Assembly: GCA_963762145.1 (NCBI GenBank)
Contig: CAVXJS010000019.1
Coordinates: 64,001-128,000 of the forward strand
DNA from: an uncultured Candidatus Rokubacteria bacterium
GTDB lineage: Bacteria; Methylomirabilota; Methylomirabilia; Rokubacteriales; CSP1-6
DNA length: 64,000 nt
Direction of reading: 5' to 3'
Below the pieces are notes generated by a model, which saw only the letters and a program-made list of their open reading frames with translations, was not told the origin of the DNA and searched no databases. The translations under genes were made by a program, and so were the position numbers. The stretch's first letter is position 1, and each line of letters opens with the position of its first letter. This document shows, one piece after another, positions 1 through 9,379 of this stretch.

Positions 1-46
1 GCGGTCGCCGCGCACAAGCAGGGCGAGCGGTCATAGGGGGACGGTC

Positions 47-2098
47 ATGGTCGACCTCGGGCGAATGCCACGGACACGGCAGCGCAGGTCCCGGTTCCTG
101 ATAGCCCTGCTGGTGGGGCTCTTCACGACGATGGTGGTCGCGGGCGCCATGGCGCAGGCGGGCAAGAGCCTGATCGGCAAGCTGGAAGGGCCGGAGGTCG
201 TCACCGATCCCGCGAAGGTCCCCAAGACGCTCAAGGAGGCGCCGCAGCTCGCCGCGCTGGTCAAGGCGGGCAAGCTGCCGCCGGTGGCCGAGCGCGTCGG
301 GCAGGACCCGCTGGTCATCAAGCCCCTGCACGAGATCGGCAAGTACGGCGGGACGTGGCGCGCCGGCTTCACCGGCCCCGCCGACTTCTGGAACGGGTTC
401 CGGTGCTGCTCGGGCCCGGACCACCTGATGTTCTGGGACTACACGGGCGACAAGGTCCTGCCGAACCTCGCCCGGGGCCTCGAGATGCAGGACGGCGGGC
501 GCACGTGGCTCCTGCAGCTGCGCCGCGGCATGAAGTGGAGCGACGGCAAGCCGTTCACCGCCGACGACTTCGTGTTCTGGTTCGAGGACGTCTACCGGAA
601 CAAGGACCTGGTCCCGACGCCGTCCGCGGCCATGGCCATCAACGGCAAGCAGGGCACGATCGAGAAGGTCGACACCTACACCGTGCGGTACAAGTTCCCC
701 GAGCCCTACTTCATGCTGCCCGACGTGCTGGCCGGCTCCACCGACCTCGCCGGCCAGATGTTCGGGTACCGGGGCATGGGCGGCTTCGCGCCCGCCCACT
801 ACATGAAGCAGTTCCACCCGAAGTACGCCGGAGCCGCCGAGCTGGACCGGAAGGTGAAGGAGGCGAAGTTCGACAGCTGGGTGCGCATGTTCCTGGCCAA
901 GAACGACTGGGCCCTGAACCCGGATCTGCCGGTGCTCTCGGCCTGGAAGACGGTGACGCCGATCAACACGCCGACGTGGACGCTCGAGCGCAACCCCTAC
1001 AGCGTCTTCGTGGACACCGCGGGCAACCAGCTGCCCTACATCGACCGCGTGGTCCTGACGCTGGCCGAGAACCTGGAGGTGCTGAACCTGCGCGCGGTCG
1101 CCGGCGAGTACGACTACGCGTCGAGGCACGTCGACCTCGGCAAGCTGCCCGGTCTTCCTCGAGAACCAGCAGAAGGGCGGGTACAAGGTCTATCTGGATC
1201 CCGGCGACTACGGCGGGGACATGATCATCAAGTTCAACCTGAACTACGACGCGGACCCGGAGATCGGCAAGTGGTTCAACACCGCCGACTTCCGGCGCGC
1301 GCTCTCGCTCGGCATCGACCGCGACCAGATCAACGAGACCTTCTGGCTCGGCACGGGCACGCCGAGCTCGGTGGTGCCCGCGGACGGCAACAAGTACAAC
1401 CCGGGTCCGCAGTACCGGAAGATGTGGGCCACGCTCGACGTCAAGAAGGCCAACGAGATGCTCGACAAGCTCGGGCTCAGCAAGAAGGACGCGCGAGGGC
1501 TACCGCCTGCGCGCGGACGGCAAGGGCCGGCTGCGCATCGAGATCATGACGCTCGGCGGCCAGTTCATGCAGTACACGCAGATCGCGGAGATGATCCGCG
1601 AGCAGTGGAAGAAGATCGGCATCGACCTCGACGGTGCAGGAGGTCGAGCGCAGCCTCGCGCTCAAGCGGACCGCGGCCAACGAGCAGCAGCTCGGCGCGT
1701 GGAACAACGACGGCAGCGAGCATCTGTTCACCTTCCCGCTCCACGTGTTTCCCTTCGAGCTCGCCGCGGTGGCGTCGTCCGGGCCGCTCTACGTCAAGTG
1801 GTTCCACTCCGCCGGCGCGCAGGGCAAGGAGCCCGAGCCGCGGATGAAGGAGCTGATGGAGAAGTGGAAGAAGGCCTTCGGCGTGCCCGAGAAGGAGCGG
1901 ATCCAGCTCGGCAAGGAGGTCTGGAAGATCGCGGCCGAGGAGGTCTACATCATCGGCGTGATCGGCATGGGGCCGGCCTCCATGGGCGTGCGCGTCGTCA
2001 AGAACAACATGGGCAACATCCCGTCGCGCCAGTACAACAGCCCGGACGGCAAGACCCCGGGCATCTCGCGGCCGGCGACGTTCTTCTACAAGAACTAG
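47..2098 (+). CDS. ABC transporter substrate-binding protein (SBP_bac_5, DppA/OppA-like), split by frameshifts near 1150, 1495 and 1630
   Basis: Motifs EAPQLA..GKLPPVAERV, LRRGMKWSDGKPFTADD, ERNPY..VDTAGNQLPYIDR and FRRALSLGIDRDQIN are spread over ORFs 47, 1221, 1546 and 1634; stop TAG at 2096-2098. Confidence 0.9.
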
Positions 2099-2103
2099 GC
2101 CGC

Positions 2104-2153
2104 GCCCCTCGCCCCGACCCTCTCCGCACCGGGGAGAGGGCGGGCTGAGGGGC
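2104..2153. repeat. GC-rich intergenic hairpin (REP-like or mRNA-stabilising stem-loop) after the SBP gene
   Basis: GCCCCTC..CCCTCTCC-loop-GGGAGAGGG..GAGGGGC inverted repeat. Confidence 0.55.
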
Positions 2154-2173
2154 GGTGACCCGGGCCCCGACCC

Positions 2174-3166
2174 ATGCTCGCGTACATCGGCCGCCGCGCT
2201 CTCCTCGCGGATCTTCACGGTCTGGGCGATCTCCGTCCTCGCCTTCGCCATCATCCAGCTCCCGCCCGGGCGACTACGTCACCTCCTACATCGCCCAGAT
2301 GGCGTCGATGGGCAGCGTGGTCACCGACGAGGAGGCGCAGAACCTCCGGATCCAGTACGGCCTGGGCCAGCCGATGTACGTGCAGTACTTCAAGTGGATG
2401 CGGCTGATCGTCGCAGGGCAACTTCGGCATGTCGATGGAGTGGCGGCGCCCGGTCACCGAGGTGATCGGGGAGCGCCTGTGGCTGACCGTGATCGTCTCG
2501 GTGGCCGCGCTGATTCTCACCTGGGTGCTCGCCCTGCCCATCGGCATCTACTCCGCGGTCCGGCAGTACTCGGTGGGCGACTACGTGGCGACGTTCATCG
2601 GCTTCATCGGGCTCGCGGTCCCCAACTTCCTGCTGGCCCTGGTCCTGCTCTACCTGGGGTTCGTGCTGTTCAACGCCCACATCGGCGGGCTCTTCTCGCC
2701 CGAGTTCCAGGACGCGCCGTGGAGCGGGGCGCGGGCGTGGGACCTGGCCAAGCACCTGCCGATCCCCGCCGTGATCCTGGGCCTGGCGGGGACCGCGCAG
2801 CAGATCCGGATCATGCGCGCGAACCTGCTCGACGAGCTGCGCAAGCCCTACGTGGTGACGGCCCGCTCGAAGGGGCTGTCCGAGGCTCGGGTGATCCTGA
2901 GGTACCCGGTGCGCGTCGCGCTCAATCCGTTCGCGAGCACGATCGGCTACACGCTGCCGTACATCGTGTCGGGCAGCATCATCGTGTCGCTCGTGCTCGG
3001 GTTGCCGACGGTCGGCCCGCTCCTGCTGAAGGCCCTCATCGCCCAGGACATGTTCCTGGCCGGGACCATCGTGCTCCTGCTCGGGGTGATGACGGTGATC
3101 GGGACGCTGATCTCGGACATCGTGCTCGTGCTGATCGATCCGCGGATCCGCCTGGAGGAGACGTGA
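2174..3166 (+). CDS. ABC transporter permease (DppB-like), frameshifted in the 5' part
   Basis: MLAYIGRR start, PGDY motif, EAA-like loop MRANLLDELRKPYVVTARSKGLSE, C-terminal DPRIR. Confidence 0.9.
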
Positions 3167-4337
3167 TGGCCGAGCCCGAGGCGATCCTGGAGCGCGGCGG
3201 TTCGCCCCCGGCGGGCCGACCGCGGTGGCCGACCTGCGGGAGCAGCGCAGTCTTCGTGGCCTCGCAGTGGCAGCTCATGTGGTGGCGGTTCCGCAAGCAC
3301 AAGGTGGCGGTGGCCAGCGCGCTGGTCGTGGCGGGCTTCTACATGATCGTCCTCGGCGCGGACTTCCTCGCGTACGCCGACCCCAACGCGTCCGAGGCGC
3401 ACCGCTCGCTCATGCCCCCGCAGCGCGTGTACTGGTTCGACGCGGGGCGTTTCGAGCCCTCACGTGTACGGGCTGAAGGGCGCGCGCGACCCGCAGACCT
3501 TCAAGCGCGTCTATCGTCGCGGACCCGGACCAGAAGATCCCGATCCGGTTCTTCGCGGAGGGATTCGAGTACCGTCTCTTCGGCGCTGATCCCGACCACC
3601 CGGCATCTGATCGGGGTGGACGGCGGGGCCGAGGCCAGCCAGGCGGTGTTCCTGCTCGGCACCGACGTGCAGGGACGCGATCTCTGGTCGCGGCTGATGT
3701 ACGGCACGCGGATCTCGCTCACGATCGGGCTGTTCGGGCGTGACGGTGAGCCTGATCCTGGGCGTGGTCCTGGGCGGATTCTCGGGATTCTACGGCGGGG
3801 TGGCCGACACCGTCATCCAGCGCACGATCGAGATCCTGCGATCGATCCCGACGATTCCCGCTGTGGATGGGGCTCGCGGCGGCGCTGCCGCGCGACTGGT
3901 CGGTCTTGCAGGTCTACTTCGCGATCACGATCATCATCTCGCTGCTCGGGTGGACGGAGCTGGCCCGCGTGGTGCGCGGGCGCTTCCTCGCCATGCGCGA
4001 GGAGGACTTCGTCGTCTCCGCGCGGCTGGTCGGGTGCAGCCAGATGCGGACGATCTTCGTCCACATGGTGCCGTCGTTCATGAGCCACATCATCGCGGCG
4101 ACCACGCTGGCGCTGCCCGCGATGATCATCAGCGAGACCGCGCTGAGCTTCCTCGGCCTGGGCCTGCGGCCGCCCGCGATCAGCTGGGGCGTGCTGCTGC
4201 AGCAGGCGCAGAACGTCCAGACCGTCGCGATCTCGCCGTGGCTGATGCTCCCGGCGGTGCCGGTGATCGTCGCGGTGATGGCCTTCAACTTCCTGGGCGA
4301 CGGCCTGCGCGACGCGGCGGATCCGTATGGCCGCTGA
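3166..4337 (+). CDS. ABC transporter permease (DppC-like), several frameshifts
   Basis: [40 protein letters not shown] and [15 protein letters not shown]; ATG overlaps the upstream TGA. Confidence 0.88.
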
Positions 4338-4340
4338 GCT

Positions 4341-4438
4341 CGGAGGGGGACTCCGTCCCCCTTCCGCACGGTCGTTCAGCGGGCGGTGCCCGCTGGACGA
4401 CCTGCCTCCCCCTCGGATTGCGCCGGCGGAGCCGGCGC
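4341..4438. repeat. Triple-hairpin intergenic element (REP/MITE-like)
   Basis: Three consecutive inverted repeats at 4341-4366, 4370-4402 and 4420-4438, each with a 3-nt loop. Confidence 0.6.
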
Positions 4439-4452
4439 TCGGAGCGGTTTGT

Positions 4453-5472
4453 ATGACGGGTGCGGGTCAGCCCCTGCTGTCGGTGCGGAATCTGAAGACG
4501 TACTTCACTCAGGACGAGGGGACCGTGCGGGCGGTGGACGGCGTGAGCTTCGAGATGGCGCCGGGGGCGACGCTCGGGATCGTGGGGGAGAGCGGGTGCG
4601 GCAAGAGCATCACGGCCCGGTCGATCATGCGGATCGTCGATCGGCCGGGGCGGATCGTCGAGGGCGAGATTCACTTCAAGCGGCCGGCCGGCGGCGGCGG
4701 CTCGGGGCCGGTGGTGGACCTGGCCAAGCTCGAGCCGAACGGCGCCGAGATGCGCTCGATCCGGGGCGCCGAGATCGCCCTCATCTTCCAGGAGCCGATG
4801 TCCTCGTTCAGCCCGGTCCACACCATCGGCAACCAGATCATCGAGGCGATCCTGCTGCACCAGCCCCTCGGCCGGCAGGCGGCGCGCGAGCAGGCGATCG
4901 AGATGCTGCGACGGGTGGGCGTGTCGCCGCCGGAGGAGCGGGTGGATCAGCTCTCCAACCAGCTCAGCGGCGGGCTGCGCCAGCGCGCCATGATCGCGAT
5001 GGCGCTCTCCTGCGAGCCGACCCTGCTGATCGCCGACGAGCCCACCACCGCGCTCGACGTGACCACCCAGACGCAGATCCTCGACCTGATGCGGCAGGCT
5101 CCAGCAGGAGGACGGCATGGCGATCATGCTGATCACCCACGACCTGGGCGTGGTGGCGGAGATGGCCACCGACGTGGCGGTGATGTACCTGGGCCGCGTG
5201 GTCGAGCAGGCGCCGGTCGACGCGATCTTCCACGACCCGAAGCACCCGTACACGCGCGCGCTGCTGCGCTCGATCCCGCGCATCCGGGTCGCGCACGCGC
5301 GAGCGGCTGACGCCGATCGCGGGCGCGGTGCCGCATCCCTACGACCGGCCGACCGGCTGCCCCTTCCACCCGCGCTGCCCCGAGTTCATGGCCGGCACGG
5401 TGCGATCGGGAGGCGCCGATCCTGCGCCCGGTGGGCGACCACCACGCGGTGAGCTGCTTCCTCTACGAATGA
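4453..5472 (+). CDS. Peptide ABC transporter ATP-binding subunit (DppD-like), frameshifted
   Basis: Walker A GESGCGKS, signature [22 protein letters not shown]-terminal GCPFHPRC. Confidence 0.9.
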
Positions 5473-6487
5473 TCGCGGCGCGCCAGCCCCTCCTGCGGGT
5501 GTCCGGGCTCCAGAAGCTCTTTCCGATCCGGAAGGGCTTCCTGAAGCGGACGGTGGGTCACGTGCGCGCGGTGGACGGGGTGAGCTTCCACATCGACGAG
5601 GGCGAGACGCTGGGCCTCGTCGGCGAGAGCGGCTGCGGGAAGACGACGACCGCGCGCTGCATCCTGCGCGCGATCGAGCCGACCGCGGGCGAGGTCTTCA
5701 TGCGGGTGACCGACGGCTCGGTCGTCGACGTGGGCCGGCTCCCGCGGGCGGAGCTCCGCGCGCTGCGGCGCGAGATGCAGATGATCTTCCAGGACCCGTT
5801 CACCTCGCTCAACCCCCGCATGACGCTGCTCGACCTCGTCGGGGAGCCACTGCTGGTGCACGGGCTGCGGAGCCGGCGCGAGCGGGAGGAGCGGGTGGCG
5901 GACCTGCTGCGCCGCGTGGGGCTGCGGCCCGAGTACATGCGGCGGTTCCCGCACGCCTTCAGCGGCGGCGAGCGGCAGCGCATCGGGATCGCGCGCGCGC
6001 TCGCCCTGCATCCGCGCCTGGTGGTCGCCGACGAGCCGGTCTCCGCGCTCGACGTCTCGGTGCAGGCGCAGATCCTGAACCTGCTGCAGGACCTCCAGTC
6101 AGAGCTCCGCCTGACCTATCTCTTCGTGGCGCACGACCTGAGCGTGGTCCGGCACATCAGCAACCGGGTGGCCGTGATGTACGTGGGCCGGATGGTGGAG
6201 CTGGCCGAGACCGAGGAGCTCTTCAGCCGGCCGAAGCACCCGTACACCGCGGCGCTCCTGTCCGCGGTGCCCGAGCCGGATCCCCGCACGCGCTCGCGAG
6301 CGCATCGTGCTGCAGGGGGAGGTCGCGAATCCGGCGTCACCGCCCGCGCGGCTGCTATTTCCATCCGCGGTGCCCGCATGCGATCGAGCGGTGCCGGACC
6401 GAGGCGCCCGCGTGGCGGGAGCTGACCCCCGGCCGCTTCGTCGGCTGTCACCGTGCGGAGGAGCTGGCGCTCGCCGGGGTGGAGTGA
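5469..6487 (+). CDS. Peptide ABC transporter ATP-binding subunit (DppF-like), frameshifted near the 3' end
   Basis: [29 protein letters not shown]; ATGA overlap with the previous gene; ends [15 protein letters not shown]. Confidence 0.9.
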
Positions 6488-6494
6488 CCGCCGC

Positions 6495-6677
6495 TCACTG
6501 GCGGATATCCTTGCCGGTGAAGCCAGGCGAGTGAATCTGGGCGCAGGCGATGGAGCAGTAACCGTGCGCCTTCGCGGTCGCGGGGTCGCCGCTCCGGATG
6601 GAGTAGGGGAGGAACTTCGCCTCGCCGCATCCGTGACAGACCGGTCGTTGTTCGTCCTGCGGCAGCGCTGGGAGCAT
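6495..6677 (-). CDS. Small Cys-rich hypothetical protein (60 aa; CxxC...YCSxxC, TRASH/treble-clef-like Zn finger)
   Basis: MLPALPQDEQRPVCHGCGE...GYCSIACAQ; extended -10 TGcTACGAT lies 6 nt upstream of the ATG. Confidence 0.55.
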   Translation of the reverse strand: MLPALPQDEQRPVCHGCGEAKFLPYSIRSGDPATAKAHGYCSIACAQIHSPGFTGKDIRQ

Positions 6678-6683
6678 GGCGGC

Positions 6684-6692
6684 ATCGTAGCA
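6684..6692 (-). promoter_or_regulatory. Extended -10 promoter (TGcTACGAT) for a leaderless transcript
   Basis: Reverse strand reads TGC-TACGAT-gccgcc-ATG. Confidence 0.5.
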
Positions 6693-6711
6693 ATGCGCGG
6701 GCTGCGGGGCC

Positions 6712-6729
6712 ATTGGACCAACGTCCAAT
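6712..6729. promoter_or_regulatory. Perfect 7-bp inverted repeat, candidate operator between divergent genes
   Basis: ATTGGAC-caac-GTCCAAT. Confidence 0.5.
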
Positions 6730-6826
6730 AGGCCGGCCGAGCCATGCCGCACTACAGTGAGCTCGTGCGCCGGCCGAAGATCGTCGGAGCGCCCGTCCGG
6801 CGCGGGAACGCCAAGGAGGATGAGCC

Positions 6827-7405
6827 ATGAGTGAGCAGGTCGTGAGAATGGGTCTGATGTGGATCCTGGCCGGCCTCGGTGCGGGCTGGTTGGCCGAGAC
6901 GTTGATCGTCCGACGGGGCTACGGGCTGCTCGCGGACATGGGCCTGGGGGTCGGGGCGGGCCTTCTCGGGGGCGGCGCGTTCATGATGGTATCCGGTCGT
7001 CCGAGTGGAACGCTGGCCATGTTCATCTGCGCGTTCGTCCTCGCCTCCGGGGCGATCGTCGCCCAGCGGCTCCTGCTGCCGCGCACACCCGGCGTGCGGG
7101 AGCGCAAGGCCGAGCTGCGCCTCCGCGAGCTGCGGAGCGCGTCGGCGGAGGAGAAGGGAACCGCCTCCGGGCTCCACCGAGTCGGGCGCGGAGTGATCGG
7201 TCGGCCCGCCGCGCACGTGCTCATGCGAGTGGCGACGACCGGGATCTACCTGCTGCGCGGGGTGCCCCTCGAGCTGCAGCGCGCGGCGCGGGTGCGCGCG
7301 GTGAGCGACGGCACCACGCTCCACCAGGTGCTGCTCAAGGGTCTGGGGGAGTACGCGGCGGGAACCTGGACCCCTCAGCCGGGCGACAAGCGCTCGGCGG
7401 CTTGA
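6827..7405 (+). CDS. GlsB/YeaQ/YmgE-like membrane domain fused to a C-terminal ribbon-helix-helix-like domain
   Basis: SD AAGGAGG; N-terminus WILAGLGAGWLAE..GYGLLADMGLGVGAGLLGG; C-terminus GIYLLRGVPLELQRAARVRAVSDGTTLHQVLLKGL. Confidence 0.7.
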   Translation: MSEQVVRMGLMWILAGLGAGWLAETLIVRRGYGLLADMGLGVGAGLLGGGAFMMVSGRPSGTLAMFICAFVLASGAIVAQRLLLPRTPGVRERKAELRLRELRSASAEEKGTASGLHRVGRGVIGRPAAHVLMRVATTGIYLLRGVPLELQRAARVRAVSDGTTLHQVLLKGLGEYAAGTWTPQPGDKRSAA

Positions 7406-7424
7406 GGGGCCGGAAGCGCGCGCT

Positions 7425-7673
7425 TCAGGGACGGGGCTTCGTGGGCCAGTGGCGGTCGGCCACGCCGGGCTCGAGTCGCTCGGGAGCCGCGAGCAATGCC
7501 GGCTCCTGCGGATCCTCGGTCTCCACGCTCTCGTCCATCAGGGCCCAGGCGAGCATCCGTCCCTTCGTCGTGCGACGCGGTGACCCGAACCAGACGCGGC
7601 CCTCGGTGTCGAGCCCCACCAAGTGCCAGCCGTCGCCCTGCGTGATGACCTGGATCTGCCGGAGACCGTCCAT
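7425..7673 (-). CDS. Hypothetical microprotein (82 aa, single beta-propeller-blade-like motif); alternative GTG start at 7700
   Basis: SD-like AGAGG before the ATG; motif QI..L.GLD..G.VW is shared with 18766-18924. Confidence 0.6.
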   Translation of the reverse strand: MDGLRQIQVITQGDGWHLVGLDTEGRVWFGSPRRTTKGRMLAWALMDESVETEDPQEPALLAAPERLEPGVADRHWPTKPRP

Positions 7674-7721
7674 GGGGAACCTCTTCTTTCGCGGACCCAC
7701 GAGTGGAGCCCGACTCCATCC

Positions 7722-7770
7722 ACACTAGCACGAACGCGAGATTGACAAGGCGGACCGGGACTACTACGGT
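7722..7770. promoter_or_regulatory. Back-to-back promoters: sigma70-type dnaA promoter (+) and an extended -10 promoter (-)
   Basis: TTGACA 7742-7747, 17 bp spacer, TACGGT 7765-7770, 5 nt, ATG 7776; minus strand TGcTAGTGT at 7730-7722. Confidence 0.6.
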
Positions 7771-7775
7771 CAGAC

Positions 7776-9077
7776 ATGCTTGACGCGCTGTGGTCGCGGC
7801 TGCTCGCCACCCTCGAAGGTCGGGTGCCGGCCGCCGCGCTGGAATCGTGGCTGCGGCCGTGCCGGCTCGTCGCGGCGGACGACGACCACCTGCGCGTCCT
7901 CGCGCCCAACCGGTACATGCGCGACTGGATCGGCCAGCACCACGCGAGCACGATCGAGGCCGCCGCGCGCGACCTGCTCGGGGCCGGCGCGCGGGTCTCT
8001 ATCGAGACGGACGCGGAGCCCGCGCCGGCCTCCGCGCGCTCCGAGCGCACCCCCGACGCGCCGGAACAGCTGACGCCCCGCTACACCTTCGAGTCCTTCG
8101 TGGTCGGCAGCTCCAACCAGTTCGCGCAGGCCGCGTGCCAGGCGGTCGCCGAGCTGCCGGGTACCGCCTACAGCCCGCTCTTCCTCTACGGGGGGGTCGG
8201 CCTCGGCAAGACCCATCTCCTTCACGCGGTGGGTCACGAGATGGCGCGCCTCCACCCCACGCTGCGCATGCTCTACCTGTCGTCGGAGCGCTTCACCAAC
8301 GAGCTCATCAATGCCATCCGCTACGATCGCACCGGCGAGTTCCGGGCGAAGTACCGGAGCATCGACCTCCTGCTCATCGACGACATCCAGTTCATCGCGG
8401 GCAAGGAGCGCACCCAGGAGGAGTTCTTCCATACCTTCAACGATCTGTACGAGGGCCACAAGCAGATCGTGGTGTCCTCCGACTCCACGCCCAAGGAGAT
8501 CCCCGAGCTGGAGGAGCGACTGCGCTCCCGCTTCGAGTGGGGCCTGGTCGCGGACATCCAGCCGCCCGACTTCGAGACCCGGGTGGCCATCCTCAAGAAG
8601 CGCGCCGAGCGCGAGCGGGTCCAGCTGCCCGACGACGTGGCCTATCTGATGGCGAGCCGCATCAAGACCAACATCCGCGAGATCGAGGGCTCGCTCACGC
8701 GGATGGTCGCGTTCTGCTCCCTGACCGGCCGCGAGATGAGCGTGGACGTCGCCCAGGAGGTCCTCTCCGAGCTCTGGGGCGCGGACGAGAAGGTCATCAC
8801 GATCGAGCACATCCAGCGTACGGTGTCGGGGTTCTTCGGTCTCAAGCTGGCCGACATGCGCACGAGAAGCCGGACGAAGGCGGTGGCCTTCCCGCGCCAG
8901 ATCGCGATGTACTTCGCCCGTCAGCTCACGCACGCCTCGCTCACCGAGGTGGGACGCGCCTTCGACAAGGACCACACCACCGTGCTCCACGCGGTGACCA
9001 AGATCGAGGCGATGATCCGGGAGGACGCGAAGTTCAAGAAGACCGTCGATACGCTCGCCGAGAGCGTGGCCCGGTAG
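7776..9077 (+). CDS. dnaA: Chromosomal replication initiator DnaA (orphan copy, short domain II)
   Basis: YTFESFVVGSSN, Walker A GGVGLGKT, Walker B LLLIDDIQF, TQEEFFHTFN, Arg finger RLRSRF, sensor II NIREIEG, domain IV PRQIAMY and DHTTVLHA. Confidence 0.97.
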   Translation: MLDALWSRLLATLEGRVPAAALESWLRPCRLVAADDDHLRVLAPNRYMRDWIGQHHASTIEAAARDLLGAGARVSIETDAEPAPASARSERTPDAPEQLTPRYTFESFVVGSSNQFAQAACQAVAELPGTAYSPLFLYGGVGLGKTHLLHAVGHEMARLHPTLRMLYLSSERFTNELINAIRYDRTGEFRAKYRSIDLLLIDDIQFIAGKERTQEEFFHTFNDLYEGHKQIVVSSDSTPKEIPELEERLRSRFEWGLVADIQPPDFETRVAILKKRAERERVQLPDDVAYLMASRIKTNIREIEGSLTRMVAFCSLTGREMSVDVAQEVLSELWGADEKVITIEHIQRTVSGFFGLKLADMRTRSRTKAVAFPRQIAMYFARQLTHASLTEVGRAFDKDHTTVLHAVTKIEAMIREDAKFKKTVDTLAESVAR

Positions 9078-9090
9078 AGGGAGTGCTCCG

Positions 9091-9375
9091 GTGACCGCGG
9101 CCGCCTACACGACCGAGGAGTTCGTGCGCCGCACGGTGGCGGGGCTGCTGCGGGGCCGGTACCGGGGCGGCGCGGTCTGCTCGCGCTGCCTCGTGGGGAT
9201 GACGCTCGAATGCCTGCACGCGGGATGGCGGAGGTCCGAGATCGAGCACGCGATGGAGAAGGTGTTCGCCGCCCCCGGGGCGCTCGGCCGCGAGTCGGGC
9301 GGGCCCTGCGCGCGCTGCAAGCGCCCGGAGCCGTGCATCGGCGCGCCCGCGTCCCCGCCCCTGGGCTCGCTCTAG
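9091..9375 (+). CDS. Small CxxC...CxxC..C protein (putative Zn-binding HTH), paralogue of 19385-19651
   Basis: SD GAGGGAG, 13 bp after the dnaA stop; VCSRCL and CARCKRPEPC. Confidence 0.75.
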   Translation: MTAAAYTTEEFVRRTVAGLLRGRYRGGAVCSRCLVGMTLECLHAGWRRSEIEHAMEKVFAAPGALGRESGGPCARCKRPEPCIGAPASPPLGSL

Positions 9376-9379
9376 CCGC

